Source: Lama glama
Lineage: Eukaryota
Assembly (NCBI GenBank): GCA_028534125.1
Contig: CM052818.1
Span: forward strand, 11,720,001-11,784,000
Length of the DNA: 64,000 nt
Direction of reading: 5' to 3'
Under the pieces are notes generated by a model. It did not search any database. It saw only the letters and a list, made by a program, of their open reading frames with translations, and had not been told where the DNA came from. This document shows positions 40,477 to 54,789 of this stretch, piece after piece (the stretch's first letter is position 1; each line of letters opens with the position of its first letter). The position numbers and the translations under genes are program-made.

Positions 40477-40622
40477 AGAGCTTCTCACCTCCAAGGTGCA
40501 TACAAATCACATAAGGATCTTGCAGATGCTGACTGGTCTGTCCTGGGAGGATCTGCATTTCTCACAAGCTGCCTGGTGATCCCGACATTGCTGGGCCTGG
40601 ATTACACTGAGGAGCAAGGGCC
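40477..40622. mobile_element. MER5-type hAT-Charlie element
   Basis: cagagcttctca...gtgcatacaaatcac...atctgcatttctcacaagctgcctggtgat...ctgaggagcaagg. Confidence 0.75.
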
Positions 40623-41239
40623 TGGAACACAGCTTCATTTTCTCTCTTCCACCTCCTCTAACTTACTTTTTTTAAAAAACATAGATCAGAAATCCTATGA
40701 CATTCCCATCTCATTAAGGGGAGCTCGAAATTTTTTTGTAAAGAGCTCCAGTTTTTCAAGGATTTGGGAAATAATTAGTGTGTGAATGGGAAGATATGGC
40801 TAAAGAGAAGATCTGACTCCTAGGCTGGAAGTAAGGAAATCTGAATTTTTATTAATGAATCTAAGATTATTAACAGTATGATCCTGGACAAGTCACTGGG
40901 CTTTTCCAAACTTGGTCTCTTCATGTTTAAAATCAAGATGTTGGACAAAGTCCTTACAGAGGCCTCGCTCCGGTTTCTAGATTCTATAACATTCGTTGGC
41001 CATGTGTTTGCATGTGTCATGGAGGATAACACATAATTAATCTGTTTACTTTGGCCATTTTAATAACCAGTGCAGATTGCCAATCAACATATCTGAACAA
41101 TCAATATAATGATACTGGGGCTTAGTATCAATTAGGAAGATTGCTGCATAAATACTTTGTTTATTCCTTCCTTTGTTCATTTACTGCCAGCTATAGACTC
41201 TGCTTTTGTGCTTTACTCATAGTAGAGGGTCATTCCCAA

Positions 41240-41470
41240 AATGTGAATCAGGAGCTATGAATCAAGACGTGCGTACCACAATCAGCTGCGGGGCTTTGGA
41301 TGAGTCCCTTAAACTCTCTGCAAATGGGCCTTTCAACCCCATCCTAAAAGAGTAGCACCTCGCCCTACAAACTCACAGGACCATTAAGAAGCCAGAATGG
41401 GACACAGTTTACAAAGCTGCTTTAGAAAGTTTTAAAAAGTGCTTCGCAAACACAGGTTATAGTTTTATCA
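41240..41470 (+). mobile_element. MIR fragment
   Basis: gaatcaggag...ctttggatgagtcccttaaactctctg...aaactcacaggacc. A second MIR fragment lies at ~40790-40990. Confidence 0.55.
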
Positions 41471-42999
41471 TTCCCCACATCGTTTCTAAATAATTTATCA
41501 ACTAGCAAACACAAATAGACTTTGCATTTTGTTATGCGGGCATTTTCTTTTCATCTATTTATTGACTGAAATAAACACAAAGAGGCAGGAAAAACAGAAA
41601 GAGACAAGTAAGTGAAAGAAGACATTCCCCAACAACACACAGAGATCTATGGAAATAGATTTTCTCTGAAGAAAAGAGTCTATTAGAATATTCATAATGA
41701 TCTAATAAAAGAAAGGAAAAAGACTCAAAAGTTTCATAAATCATCTTGCACTTATTTTGCTATTTGGAAAAAAACGAATTGTGTGGCAATACACAAAGCA
41801 GGAACAGAAGAAATTGTAGAGTGCACATCTGCAAAGGAAATGGATGCGCACTTCACTGGGAACAGTGTTAATAACTATGCCCACACCATTTTACATTGTG
41901 ATGGAGTAACTACTGAATAGAAACAAAAAATTTCCTTGACAAAGATGTGTTTTTAATAGACTCATAATATGTAGGATTATTCTATTTTTCTTCCTACTAG
42001 ATGAGTACAATGATAATTATACTAAGACTGATCTGGTTCCATCTCTTCTCATTGCTCCTTGAATGTTCAAAGTTCATGTAATAGATTAAAATATGGAGAA
42101 TATGCTAACACCATCAAAGAACCTAGAGAGATTGTTTTAAGCATTTGTTTGGATTCTTTTAAGTTCTAAAACAAGCAGAAACACAGGCCACTCCTGAAAG
42201 TATCAAGTAAGTTTACTAACCTTGCAGTCTTGCTAATCTAGCTTTGCTTGCCCTACCTAAAAAGCAACACAGTTTTTCAGTCCCTCACACGTAAGTTTTA
42301 GTTACATAACTGGATAAAGGTAGAATGTCCATCCTGACATAAGAGAAATAACCAAGTAAATAAACAAAAAACAGATGTGGGTGCCTCTGGATTCTTGAAG
42401 CCTGGTTAATTGGGTTAACTGAAGTTTCTGCACAATTAGAAAACAATATTATTGTAAAACCCTGTTCTGTTAGCCCTAGTTGAATGTGTTCTCGATCTGT
42501 CCTAAAAAATTCAGCCTGGCTTGCATAATGAATTCTTATTTCATAATTCAGGATTTTGCACTATCTCAGGATCATCACTTCCAAACATCATGTCTCATTG
42601 TCCAGGATGGTACATATAAAAGTTTAAGATGTGTAAGCAGTTCACATCTTAAGTATCCCTGGAATTTTTTGTTTTAGCACATAACATTATTTTCTTATGG
42701 TTCCTAAAATTAAAGAGTAATTAATATTATTAACAAATAAAATTAAAGAATAAAGAACCACCCTGGTTGAAACTCTCACTGTCTTGTGCCTAAACTAGTG
42801 TCACACCCTGCTAACCAGTCGCCTAGCCTCAGTTTCTCTTCTTTCTACCCGCTGTCTACTGGCAGAATAATCTTTCTAAAGCACAGTTCTGTCAGGTCAG
42901 ACCCTGGATCTTGATTCCGGCTAGAGAAAGCAACCCAAGCACTCATGTCCACCTCCCCTTCCTTACTAAGTCACACTAAAATGGCACAAGAGGTTGTTT

Positions 43000-44550
43000 T
43001 GTGTTTTGTTTTCCAAAAAATAAAACCCTAAGAGTTCTGGTAAATAAGAAAGCCAGCCAAAAGCAAACCGTAAAGTTGGAGGAAACTGATTCAAAGAAAA
43101 TGAAAAGACTAGAAAGGAAACTACAGCCCAAAACACCAGAGGAAATATCAGCCCAAGTTGAGTCAACAAATCCAAAGAGTAGGGATGGGCTGAGGGGCTG
43201 TCAGCAGGGAGGGAACGGAGTAAACTACATTCTGAGCAGTTGAGCCACAAAGATCTTTCTCCCTACTGTCCCTCTGCAGCATGTGATGTAAGCGGTAGCA
43301 AACTATAGTTTTTCACCCAAGAAAGAAAACCGAAGAATTGCTTTCTTAAGAAAGTGGGTGATACGGCTGGTAAGTAAGCCCAGGGAGAGAGTTGGGCCTG
43401 AGAGAGAAACAGAGCAGAGCTGGATGTCATAGCAGAGGCCTCCTCACCAGCAACCGAAGGGGAGACAGGGATCAAAGTGCTCCACGGCCACAACGAGGCC
43501 TCCTCATGTGCCAGCTGTGGGAGCCCCCGAGGGCCCCGCAGCTCCGCACCCACACCTCCTCCAGAAACACCTCACAAATGCCTGGCGGGGCTTCCCTCAG
43601 AGGGGAAGTTCTGCTGGAAACTTGCATGGCTGCGGTGCAAACAGACCCGGAGGACCACCATATCTAAGGGACACCAACAGCATGGGGGAAAAAAGAACCA
43701 AGAAGAAATTTGCAAAATAGATGAGTGAATGGAGAAAAGACATTGTTCAGCAAACAAAGGAAAGTGTTAAAATTATAATTAGTACCTTTAAACAGCGGAA
43801 AAAATATGATATCCATTAACAAGAACAGGTTGCTTATGAAAACAAAGAGAAAGGAAAAATTCCTGGAAATTAAGAAAAAAAAAAAAAAGACTGCTAAAAT
43901 TTAAATCCATATCCATTGGACTTGGATGCCTGGGATTCCCTCCTTCCAGCAGCGGGAGTTTAGTGAAATACGACTTCCTTTACTTTGCTCAAGTCCAATC
44001 AGAATTTATAAAAATTGAACAATATTTACATAATACTGTTTTATTGGGTTAAAATGTATGGAATCATCCTACAGCAGTGAAGAAGATGAGGAGGAAGAAG
44101 AGAAGGAGGAGGACTGGGAGGAGAAGAGGAGGAGAAGGCAACTTAATGTGACGACAAGATAGAACATATGTGTTATCAAACCTGACAAAACTCAGAATTT
44201 GGAGAAGTTAAGAGGATGTAGAAGGCAGTGACTGTGTGAAATGAATTCATCTTTCATCACAGACAATCATCTGAGTAGTCTAAGACTGATAACTCAGAAA
44301 ATGAAAGAATAACTTTATTCCCTGATAATATAATTGAGTAGAAGAGCAAAAAGAGAGGGAGAAGGAAAAAGAGCTGGTTGGAGGTCAGAGGGAGGTGACG
44401 ATGGAAGAAGCATGAAAGAGCTGAAAGTGGTTTCCACAGGGAGTAAAGCTGTTAATGGTTAAGAGAAAGTTTCACTTTTTGTTTTTGCCCCCTAGACAGT
44501 TAAAAAATTTTTTAAAATTAAGTAGAGGTATTATTTTTATTTTTAACCCA
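43000..44550 (+). mobile_element. Highly degenerate old L1/HAL1-like region with a GA-rich tract
   Basis: A-rich sequence resembling L1 5'/ORF1 (atatgatatccattaacaagaacagg; aattcctggaaattaag). The family is uncertain. Confidence 0.35.
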
Positions 44551-46094
44551 AATTAATCAGAAGTGCCTCTGAACTAGTGCCAGTTAGCTGAAATTTCAGT
44601 GTATATACAGTTTTCCCCGGCAAAATGTCAAAGACACAAGATGTTTTCTTTCACTCGCCTTGACAACAGCTTTCTCATGGACTTTACTGTAAGACTGAAG
44701 CCTAAAAGGTACTATAAAAACACAAATTCCACAATCATATTTTAACCTTTTATTTTAGTCCTCAATTTAAATATTAAAATTAAATAAAAGGACTGATTTA
44801 AAAATTTATCAAATCAGGTCTATGCAGCAATGGTTTAGCTATCAGAAAAGATTAAGGGAGTTGATGATACATAAATCATGCATATTCAATATAAACACTG
44901 TTTTTAAAAGCAAGAATTTCTCCAGAAACCATATTCTTTCTATGTTTGTTTTCTTTTGCTCTTAATTCATGACACAACCGAGCTTAGGATATCTGCAGGC
45001 TGATCCTGATCACCTGGAAGACTTAGTCAGTTATACCAATTGGATGCTCACACACACAGAGCTGTGTATTTCACTTCTGATGCTACTCTACTGCTGTGCA
45101 TGTGTGTTTCTGTGTGTTTGCATTCACGTGTCTATAAAAAAAGCACATTTACACCTTGGTTACCTTGGACCAAATTATAAATGGCTTATGTCTCTGGTAT
45201 TTACAGGCGGTATAACCACTCAGAAGCCCATCTTTAAAGCATGTCATTTTCCCAAAACATACTTAATAACTGTTGTTATCCAAGTTGTTCCTAAAAACTG
45301 CCCGAGAGGACTTCCTATATTCTTAGGAGTGTCTTGAGTCTCTGCTAGGAGTTGGGGCTGTCAGATCATGGGAAAGGTCATGGCTTTGAAAACCTCATAT
45401 TTTCCATGGCCTCGAAAATACAAGACAGCTTTCTGTGGATTATTACTCCCATCCCCAGCCAGAGAAATAACAGCCCATATTACAGCTATGTTCCAGGGAG
45501 TACGGTACATATTGCACTTTGAAATACAAGAAGCCTTACCTAGGACTTGAAATCAAATCACTGCCTCACCGCTGGTAAAACAGAGTGGAGGATATCCCTT
45601 GGCTCAAACTGAAAGACACCATTTTTGAGTTTAATGCATTTTCTCTCCTACCTGCATGCATTTGTCTCATATTGGTTGTCACTCTTCTAGGTTGGGGCAG
45701 GGCTCAATCCCCCCATCGAGTATAACTTCTTTAAAAATAAAGACTAAGAAAAACCTAAAACCAATTGCTGCAAGAATTCTAAGACTGGTTCCTGATGCTG
45801 TCAAAGAACAATGTGTAGAAGGATAATGCAGGAGAAAGACATTTTTCTCTTCTCTTCATTGTTGGGGAAAATTTAAAAATTTATCAGATCATATCTACTA
45901 TGTGTGACTCATTTTGCTCTGCAGCATGACAGATACAAAGCAGTATACGGAGCTATCACTATGGAAAAGGAACTTAAAAACCAGTTGATGAAATGACAAA
46001 TAAATATAGAGAAAAAAAAATATTGCAACATGGCAATACATGATGTGTTTCAAATGAATGGTCCAGACCACAGTAGCTCAGTAAGGAAGAAAGA

Positions 46095-46320
46095 AAATTA
46101 TTATTTATCACATGCCAACCACATGCCAAGCTAATATATATAATGCATTTAATTCTTACAACAGCCATATGGAATTAATATTACCATCTCCACTTTAAAG
46201 TCAGAATAAGTGAGATTGCTAAATTGAGGTTAACTAAATCGCCCAAGTTCGTGCATCTAGTCTGTGGCATATTCCAACAAAATCTGACTCCAAAGTCTAC
46301 GTTTCCATTAAAGCACATTT
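46095..46320 (-). mobile_element. MIR SINE
   Basis: catttaattcttacaacagccatatgga...ctccactttaaag...aaattgaggtt...gcccaagttc...tctgactccaaag. Confidence 0.75.
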
Positions 46321-47042
46321 TGTGCAGACGGAGCAGGTAACCATTTGTAGCAATGGTGACATGTGAAATTGGGACTTAAAGGAATGGAAGATGTCACAGA
46401 CAGGTGGAAAGGAGAGAGAAGGGATGGAAGGGCATTTTAAGCAGTGGAAGAGTGTGAGTGAAGAAATACACAGGTGTATTTGGAAATCCCTGATGTCGAA
46501 GGTTTGTTCAGGAGAATGTAAGACAAGGCTAATAAGCCAGGTTGAAGGCCAGTCCCCGGGTTTTAAATGCCCAGGAATAGAGTTTCAATTCTGCCCTTTA
46601 GAACAAGGAAAAGCCAAGGAAAACTTTTAAGCAGAGGAGAAGTTCCAAGCAGTGGCAATAATATAAGATTCTCCTGAGAAGTATGCAGAATGTCTTCAGG
46701 GGTGGGAAAAAGAGAGGTGTGGTATGAAGAGGTCTGGGGGCTCCTGTTATGACTGTAAGTGTCTCAAAGACTAAGAACTTCAAAGAGACACTGACACATC
46801 ACTTTAAATTTGTCCCATGCATGGTCTGTATTTATTAAAATCTGGCTTCATTTTCATTTATTTTACTATTTCTACTCAAAGGAAAACATCACTTCAAATG
46901 AAGCCCCAGTTCTAACCAGTACCTTCAGATCCCTGATGTTAATGGGTCAAGTCCCCAGAGGGCTCCACATTTAGAAAAGACTGTTTGCACATGTGAACAG
47001 GGCTCATACATTTTGTCCATGCCCCGAAACAATTGATGTACT

Positions 47043-47055
47043 CCAGTAGATGGTG
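47043..47055 (+). promoter_or_regulatory. Candidate CTCF site
   Basis: CCAGTAGATGGTG is one change from the CCASYAGRKGGCR core. Confidence 0.3.
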
Positions 47056-47937
47056 TATGTTTTTTATAATTACACCAGAAGAAAGCATTCTTTATGGAAA
47101 TAAATGTGCTTTTTAAAAACACATTTCTGAAAAGCAGCAGGCAAGGCATTAATAACAAAGTGAAATGATAAACTGAATGGAACTCTGAGAAAAATTCTAT
47201 ATTTGTATTATACAGGCATTGTTTTCATTCCTGGCACCTTATTTTTCATGTACATAAAGAGAACGCAAGCTACAGCAGGGTGAGACAAAGATCAATGCTG
47301 AATGTATTACTTGGCACTGGTCAGATGCAGTTTAATAAGAAAAAAATTGATCCATTAAGCTAAACCTAATTTTTGGCCAAAAATGGTTGAAATCTCTTCT
47401 TTATATTGCTAGCTTCATAAAGACCTATAATATTTGGAAGAAACAACTCAAAGCTGAGTTTAATAAGATTAAATGTATTGCAAATATACTTAACAAGAAT
47501 CTATCAAGTTGTTAATGATTGCTATTAATATCAAACAATTTTTGTATAGAATTTTTTATTAGAGCAATTGTAAAATACAGCCATAAGAAATGCAATATAA
47601 AAAGGTTTTCAGGTAATTTGTAACAGCTACAATTGCAGAACTCAAATCTTAACCTACAAGATACAGTAATTTATTTTATCAGTTTCTAACACAAGAGCAA
47701 TTCAATTTGTAAAGTATTTAAGTGCTGGTCTTAGGCCTGTATAGCCAAGTTCAGAAGGACCTCATTCACAGCAGGTGGTACTGCTGTCACATGTCAGGAG
47801 ATTATAAAATAGAGGATTTGGTGTTATAATACTTGAGATTATTTTTGAAAATTCAATGCTAATTTCAAAGAAATTATCTTAATTCAGCCTCATCTCAGAT
47901 CATTTGAAAAAGCAGAAATTTTAGTCTCAAATTTCAC

Positions 47938-48090
47938 TGAATCATGGAACTTTAAAGATAGTAGGGGATTCATTGTCTGGTTCAATCTGCCCATCTATAG
48001 ATACAGAAACTATAACTACAGACTGATTCTGTAAAATAATCTGCCAAGTGTGTGTACACTGGAGGAATACCAAATGTTTTTCTTCACAAG
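47938..48090 (-). mobile_element. MIR3/MIRc-type fragment
   Basis: gaatcatggaactttaaag...tcattgtctggttcaatctgcccatctatagatacagaaact follows the antisense MIR3 pattern. Confidence 0.55.
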
Positions 48091-48504
48091 ATGAAAAATG
48101 CAGCAAACGAAAACTGAGACTACAGAAAAGTGAAATAGACACTTGTAGCCATGACCACAATATACCAACTGAAAAACACATGGACTATAAATACCTTTTT
48201 ACCTAAATAATATAGACTGTGATTTGAATGCTCAAATTCTATACTCTATTTGTATTACTCACTAACAATTACATATTCACTATTACATCACAATAAGTCC
48301 AGAAACACACACACATACTCACCCATACACATTTTGCTCAGAACTTAATCAGTATGTAAAATAGATCCATGAAAATTAGAAAAATTTAAAGATCATGATT
48401 TATTAAGCAATTATACTAATAAAATACTTTTAAATGACTGTATTCTCAAAAATGTGGAAAGGAAAATCACATCCTTGTATCTGTTAAAAAAAAAAAATCC
48501 CCTG

Positions 48505-48780
48505 CAGCCTAGGCACTGAGTGATGAGCTATGACCTTTTACCTCCAGGGTACCAATTTAAATCTTCTCTGCATCAGGAAGGAGAAAATATTGTTTCCATT
48601 TTAATGGCTGTCCAGTGTTCTATGCAAAATGGATAGGAGGTTTCAGTTCAGTTCTTGGTAGATAGATGCTTACATTATAGAATTATCACCCAGGAGAAAA
48701 GACAAGAACTGAAAGATTATGGTGGAGAGGCACCCCCTCAGCCTACATACAGCACATCCCGAGTGTGGGAAAGACACCTG
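48505..48780 (+). mobile_element. LF-SINE (LFSINE_Vert)-like relic
   Basis: Blocks collinear with the recalled LF-SINE consensus: ccttttacctccagg, atggctgtccagtgttctatgcaaaatg, ggtttcagttcagttcttggtagatagatg, agcacat...agtgtgggaaag. Confidence 0.7.
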
Positions 48781-51700
48781 GGGACCTTAAGAATGCCTTT
48801 CAGTTCATGGGAGCTAACTGACTATGCCTCATAATTACTGGATTTATTACAATTTGTAAAATCCGAACATTTGCATTTTCTTACGTTTTTATACGCAGGA
48901 CACCAGCTTACACTAGAAACATTGGTGGTCAAGTACTCTGATCATTATGCCACGGGGAGCTGAGAATACCTTTTTCTGAGTTTTAACTCCTGAATATTTT
49001 AACTGCAAAAGTATGATATAAGAACAGAATTGATGATTAATTTGTATTTAAAGCATATCAATCACCTCTTGGTTGCCCAGCTAATACTGATTTAGAAAAA
49101 TACACACTTCAATTTATATTGATCTGCTTCTCTAATTCTTCATCAGAAGGGTCTAATATGGTTGCTTTTGCAATTTACTTTCAAAGTTATCCTTTTAGGA
49201 GATGAAGTAACCAAAAGATATTGAAAATCCAAAGTAAATTACATCGTACCAGTTAGACTTCCCTGAAGGAATGGATACACCCTTGTAATCCGCTAAGCTC
49301 ACAGCTAATAGGCAGAGGATTCAGCTCTGTCATAATCTTTACTAAACTATGACTCTTTTTTTGGCACACAACATTTATCTTCAGGACATCTATCAAATAT
49401 TTAGTGTATCTTCTAACACAATTAAATTTCCTATTAAATTACAATCTACATTATGAATCAGAGCTTTAAAATGTACATAAAATCCAATATTATGTTGTGA
49501 TACTTATCAAAGCACACCAAAAGGGGATGCTTTGGAAAATATGATTCTTCATTTTTAAAGCTTTAAACATGCAATTTAAATTCTTAAAAAAAAATCCTCA
49601 GTTTCTTAAAATTGGTTTACTTCCAGAAGCTGAGTGTATATATAATTTGCTAATGGGGAAAGGGCCTAAACACACACCTCTAAATGAAACTAGAACGTGA
49701 ATATTGCCACAGGAGAGCACACAACAGTTGTGATCTACAAGAAAGTGAAACTGAATCATATCTATCCATGCATCCATGAATGCAAACAGAATATATACAT
49801 GTGTGTATGTAGACATACATATATACACGCACACACACAACTTGTATGAAGACAGATGGATCAAATATACATATATTTAGCATCTTTAATACTATAAAAT
49901 GAAAGTTAGAGGACATACCAGGTGATAAAGACCATTAAAAATTTTCAGAATAACTAAGTTTAACTAAATATAATCTCTAGAGTAAAAATAATGCCAGAAT
50001 AAGAAAAAGCTTACTTTACCAGGCCTCCTATCCCTCAATGTCTTCCAGAAGAAAAAACTGCACATAAAACTGCAGTGGACAGAATATCTAGAAGCAATCA
50101 ATGTTTCAGAATTCACTGAACTGTGAAAAGGAAATTAATATAAGAGAGCTCAACATTAACAAAAATAAAATCCTAAGAGAAGTGATCTAAAGGAATTAAG
50201 GATGGTGAAGGAGCTTTTAAAGGGAAGTAAATTCTGGAAACTTCTGTAAAGCTCTAGGCGATACCAGGGAACTCATGGGAGGGCTGACTGGCAATTTACT
50301 GCATCATCCAACAAGAAAAAAAATGTGAGAGAGGAAAACAAAAATGAAAATTATTAACCATCTCATAAAATAATTTTCTTCCATTCCATTAATATGAGTT
50401 GCTGCCAACCAACATGTGTCTGTATTCCTTTAAAAATTGGTAACAAATCTATAGAACAAATCTATGACCACATGTCATCATCCATATGTTTACTACTGTT
50501 AGTGTACAACTGTTTTTGTTAACTCACATGATATCTAAGTCCTGAAGCTACAAATAGAATCCAGGTCTTTTGATTTTTAGTTTACCTTAAAAGTTTATTT
50601 TAAATGCTCCTTTCTAGGATACTTCCTAATAATATGCAGTCAGTTTCCAGTTAATTAGGATAATGGGGAGACAGAGGCCATAGATCACCAAAATCACAAC
50701 TAAGACAAAGCATAAAAATACATTTTAAACGCAGTTAACATACACTTACTTGGTTAAAATTTCATCCAGTTGGCTAATTTAATTATGATTCATATAGACA
50801 ATAGATTATATGCAACTATTTTTTAAAAGATGAGATTGATATATTTATATTTACATATATATATGATTGTACATATAAATGTATACATATATATTGAAAT
50901 ATAGAGACAGAAATACACTGTAATTCATCTGAAAATTGTGTGTTTATATGCACATAAAAATCTGAGTTTTATTTTTACACCTGAAAGGATGTACACCAAA
51001 ATGGAGTGATTGCCAAAAATTACGTCCAGTATCTGGATAGTGTAACTTGGTCTTTTGTTTTTTGCTAGCTAGGTCTTCCTATAGATCGTAGCTCTCATTT
51101 CCTCTTCTCAAAACACCCTCCTGTCAATGGCACAAACCCTGGCTCTAATACATCAACATATTATCATCAGCTTGTTAAATATGAATCCCATGGTACTGTT
51201 TGTTTCAGGCTAACCTACCAGAATGCTCATCAAAGTCATCTTCCATTCTGAAACCATCAAACACTTTGCCTTATCAGCCTGGTTTAATCCCAAATCAGGC
51301 TTTTCCTGTGCCCCATTCTGACTGAAAAGAGCCTAGCATTTCTTTGTCAAGATCACTATAAAATAGTGCCTTTTCACGGTTTTGGGGCTTTTTCTCTTTG
51401 TTTTTCAGTCTCTTTGAAGAACTTAACCTATACTCAAAAGAAATTAATTTATATTTTCTTTAAAACAACCTTCCTCTATTTAAACTATAATGCAAATTGC
51501 TTAACATTTTCCTCATTACCTAATTGATAATTTCAAGATTTTTTTTTGAATGTTAAGCATTATCCTGTTTACACTAAGTTGACAACATTTTAAATGCTTG
51601 GCTACTCATCTGATGCATAAGTGGCATAGACTTTTGCATGTAGCAGGAAATATTGTGTGACATTTATTAGTTAATACATATTTCTAAACAGTAGATGTCT

Positions 51701-51975
51701 TCTAATAGCTAGGTAGTTTGTCTTGAGTCGATTTATAGTGGTTCTATTTCATTTTTAGCCACAGTTAATTTGCAAATGGATTAAATGTTAATTAATTATG
51801 TTTATTTTTTGACCATTGCCTCTCTTGCACCACTAGCTAGTATAGAACCACAGAACTAAATTGAGTGGATAGATAGTATAAATGCACAAAGAAAGGCATT
51901 TACTGGGGTGTTGAGAATCTTTCCATTTGTAAAGTCATCATCCCACCCCTTTAATTCTTTCTGCTCTTCCCCACT

Positions 51976-52518
51976 TGAGATAGGAAGGAAGGGGGCAGGG
52001 CACAACCACTACAGGAATGACACAGATGTTGCGGATATGACAAAAACTGGTTACAACCAACTAGGCCCAAGACAGAGAAACCTCTGACTTCCGGTAGAAC
52101 TTGTGCCTCATCATACGCTCACTGTAATACACAGCATGCTAAATGACACACCTATGGGGACCACGACAGTTCCTACGCTGACCATAAAAGGCCAAAAAGT
52201 GGGTGGTGGCCCAAGTCCTAGAAATACCCACCCCTTCCCCAATATAGTTGGAATAATCCTCCCACTTGTTAGCCTATGAAGCTACCCAGCCCATAAAGAC
52301 TAACAACCCCATACACTGGGGTGCTCTCACTTTCTGAGAGGGTCCCCATTCTGCCTGTGGAATGTATATCTCTCTACATGAACTCGCTTTCACTTGACTT
52401 CAGCTCGCTCTTGCATTCTTTCCTGTGCAAAGCCAAGGAACATCACTTGGCAGCACATCCCAGGAACTCGCCTGAGACCTGGGACAGGACCATTCTCCCA
52501 CTCCCCTTTTCTGCATCA
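51976..52518 (+). mobile_element. MER41-like ERV1 solo LTR
   Basis: TG...CA termini with a perfect 4-bp TSD CACT (51972-51975 and 52519-52522). MER41-like body (acagcatgctaaatgacacacc...accacgacagtt; ctcgctcttgcattctttcctgtgcaaagccaaggaac). Confidence 0.85.
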
Positions 52519-54087
52519 CACTGAGAAAATGAGAAAGAGAAAGAGAGAGAGCAATTTTTAAAAAATTCTTTGGTTTGGGTGTTTATTCACTTCATCTAGA
52601 ACATCGTTAATTAAGCTGCTCAAAATATTTGCAAAAGATGTATTATTTTACTTAACTAGTAATTATTTTACTTAATTTGTCTTTCCCTCAATCACGGGAA
52701 ATACATTTAAGGGACAACAGTGGTAACATAGGATACTGAAATGCTAAGTGTAGACAAGGTCTTAGCAGTGATTCATCCAGGTATATAGGGTATTTTCAGG
52801 ATCATTTACCTGTGCTGACCCAGCACTTTTCAGAGGAGTCTAATTAAAACTGTCAAATGTTATTGTAATTAGTCCTTAAAATTAACTATATTCAAAATGA
52901 CTGAGAATAAATATTTATTAACAACTATGATGTTTAATCAATAATACCCTCAATTTGATCACTTTAATATACATTACATATAAATGTGCATTTCAATTAT
53001 TGAAACACATAGCTCTCCCTAGGCCTACAGGAATTTTACATATATAATTTTTTACACATCTACATGTATACGTGTGGTGGTGTGAGCGTTGATAAATGTC
53101 TCTACAATATTTATATCTTACTTTGCATAGCCATATACTATGTGGCCTATGTATAAAAATGTTAGAAATAAAAATTACTGACTTATATTCCTGAGTAGAA
53201 TAAAGAGTGCATAAAGGGGGAAGAGGAACATGGTATCCACAGGATAGATGTTCGAAGACTTCACAAAATGAAGAATTAAACAGAACAAAACAAAGAGATC
53301 AAATGGGAAAAGCAAGAAGATAAAAAGAAACTACATTATAAGTTTCTCCAGATAAACTGATTCTTATTTTCTGGTTTTCTTCTGTCCACCCTCAGCACCT
53401 ACATGGCCACTTAACACATGGTGGGCATTCATGAAATGGAGTTGACCTGCTGGGAAGATAGAGCATTAAGTGCGCTGGCTAAGGAGAGAGGAAACGTATG
53501 CCTGGGCAACATTCAAAGTTAACAGTGTTCATTCTCCATATTACCTAATGGATATTTTCCCTTCCCATATCACTGATGAAATTTTATTGGTTTTAATTTT
53601 TTATACCCCCAAATTAATATCTTAATCATTAAGAGAGATGCCTTCTCTTTAACATGTAGGTGACTAAGTTTTCAGCAAAAGAAATTCTCAGGATCCTATC
53701 CAAAAACAAACAAATGACCAAAGCAAAACAAAACTACAATATAAACAGAAAGTACAAAGATATTTTTGTCTGGTGATACCAGCCTTAAAAACAAATGCTC
53801 ATTTACTGATAATGAGCTTTAGACATTCCTATAGTTAACCAGCTGAAAGAGAAAAGGTCCAATTTTAAAATCATAAAAAAGAACTACCTGCCCACAGTTC
53901 TTTTCTCTCTCTGCAATCAGAATTACAGAATTCTCACTGAAGGAATTAAGGTTATATTTTCCAGCCTTGGAAATAGGGGACACTATTTTCTTAAAGGGAT
54001 ACACACATACGAAAGCTGAGGCTCAATTATTCAGACAACAGAGAAATCATTCACCAGAATATGTGGCCCTAAAGATGCTTAAAAAAA

Positions 54088-54092
<5 letters not shown>

Positions 54093-54135
<43 letters not shown>

Positions 54136-54147
54136 ATATATATATAT
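54093..54147. repeat. (TA)n microsatellite
   Basis: Read directly from the sequence. Confidence 0.95.
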
Positions 54148-54789
54148 CTATCTTTTTTTTCTATGACCATTACCTATTGTTCTTACAGGAAGGTAGGAGA
54201 GTGAATCTGTCAACCCAGTTTGGCAACCAAAGACCATAAGAGAAATTATCCTTCAGGGAAACAGCCCCAATACACTTTTAAAAAAATAATCAGCTTCAAA
54301 AATCAAAACTGCAGAATGTTCTGAGTTCATGAAAACATAAAATGTTTAACCTCAGAGAAGTAAACTTGTGCCTATTTTCATTACCATAGAGAGCACAGTA
54401 TTTCAGAAATGACCTCTTCATTACCAACAGGTACCAAACAAGATTTATAAAAGCATGGAAACAGATTTTTTTTTAATTCATCAAAAAGGAACAGAATGAT
54501 ATATAATTAAGAGGCAAGGTCATTTAGGAGACAGTCCAGTCCAGTACAATAAGGGTGTGGGTTTGAATCTCACCTGTGCCATGCTAATTATTTGACCATG
54601 GGCAAGTCACATAACTTCTTTAAAACACAATTCAGTAAAATGGAATTATTATTATAAGAAAAAATACAGTTACCAAGAGTTTCTATTTCAGATTTGTTCA
54701 GGGGAGAAAGTTAGTCCTTGAGATTCAAGTTATTTCTTAGCCCAATGCCATAAATATTCTTAAAGTAGAAATATATGCAGGGAATTTCA

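Noticed and set aside
47942..48181. Minus-strand ORF with an acceptor, resembling a terminal exon (…HFSSCEEKHLVFLQ…)
   Set aside because: It largely overlaps a MIR3-type relic, and its phase does not match the upstream candidate exon.
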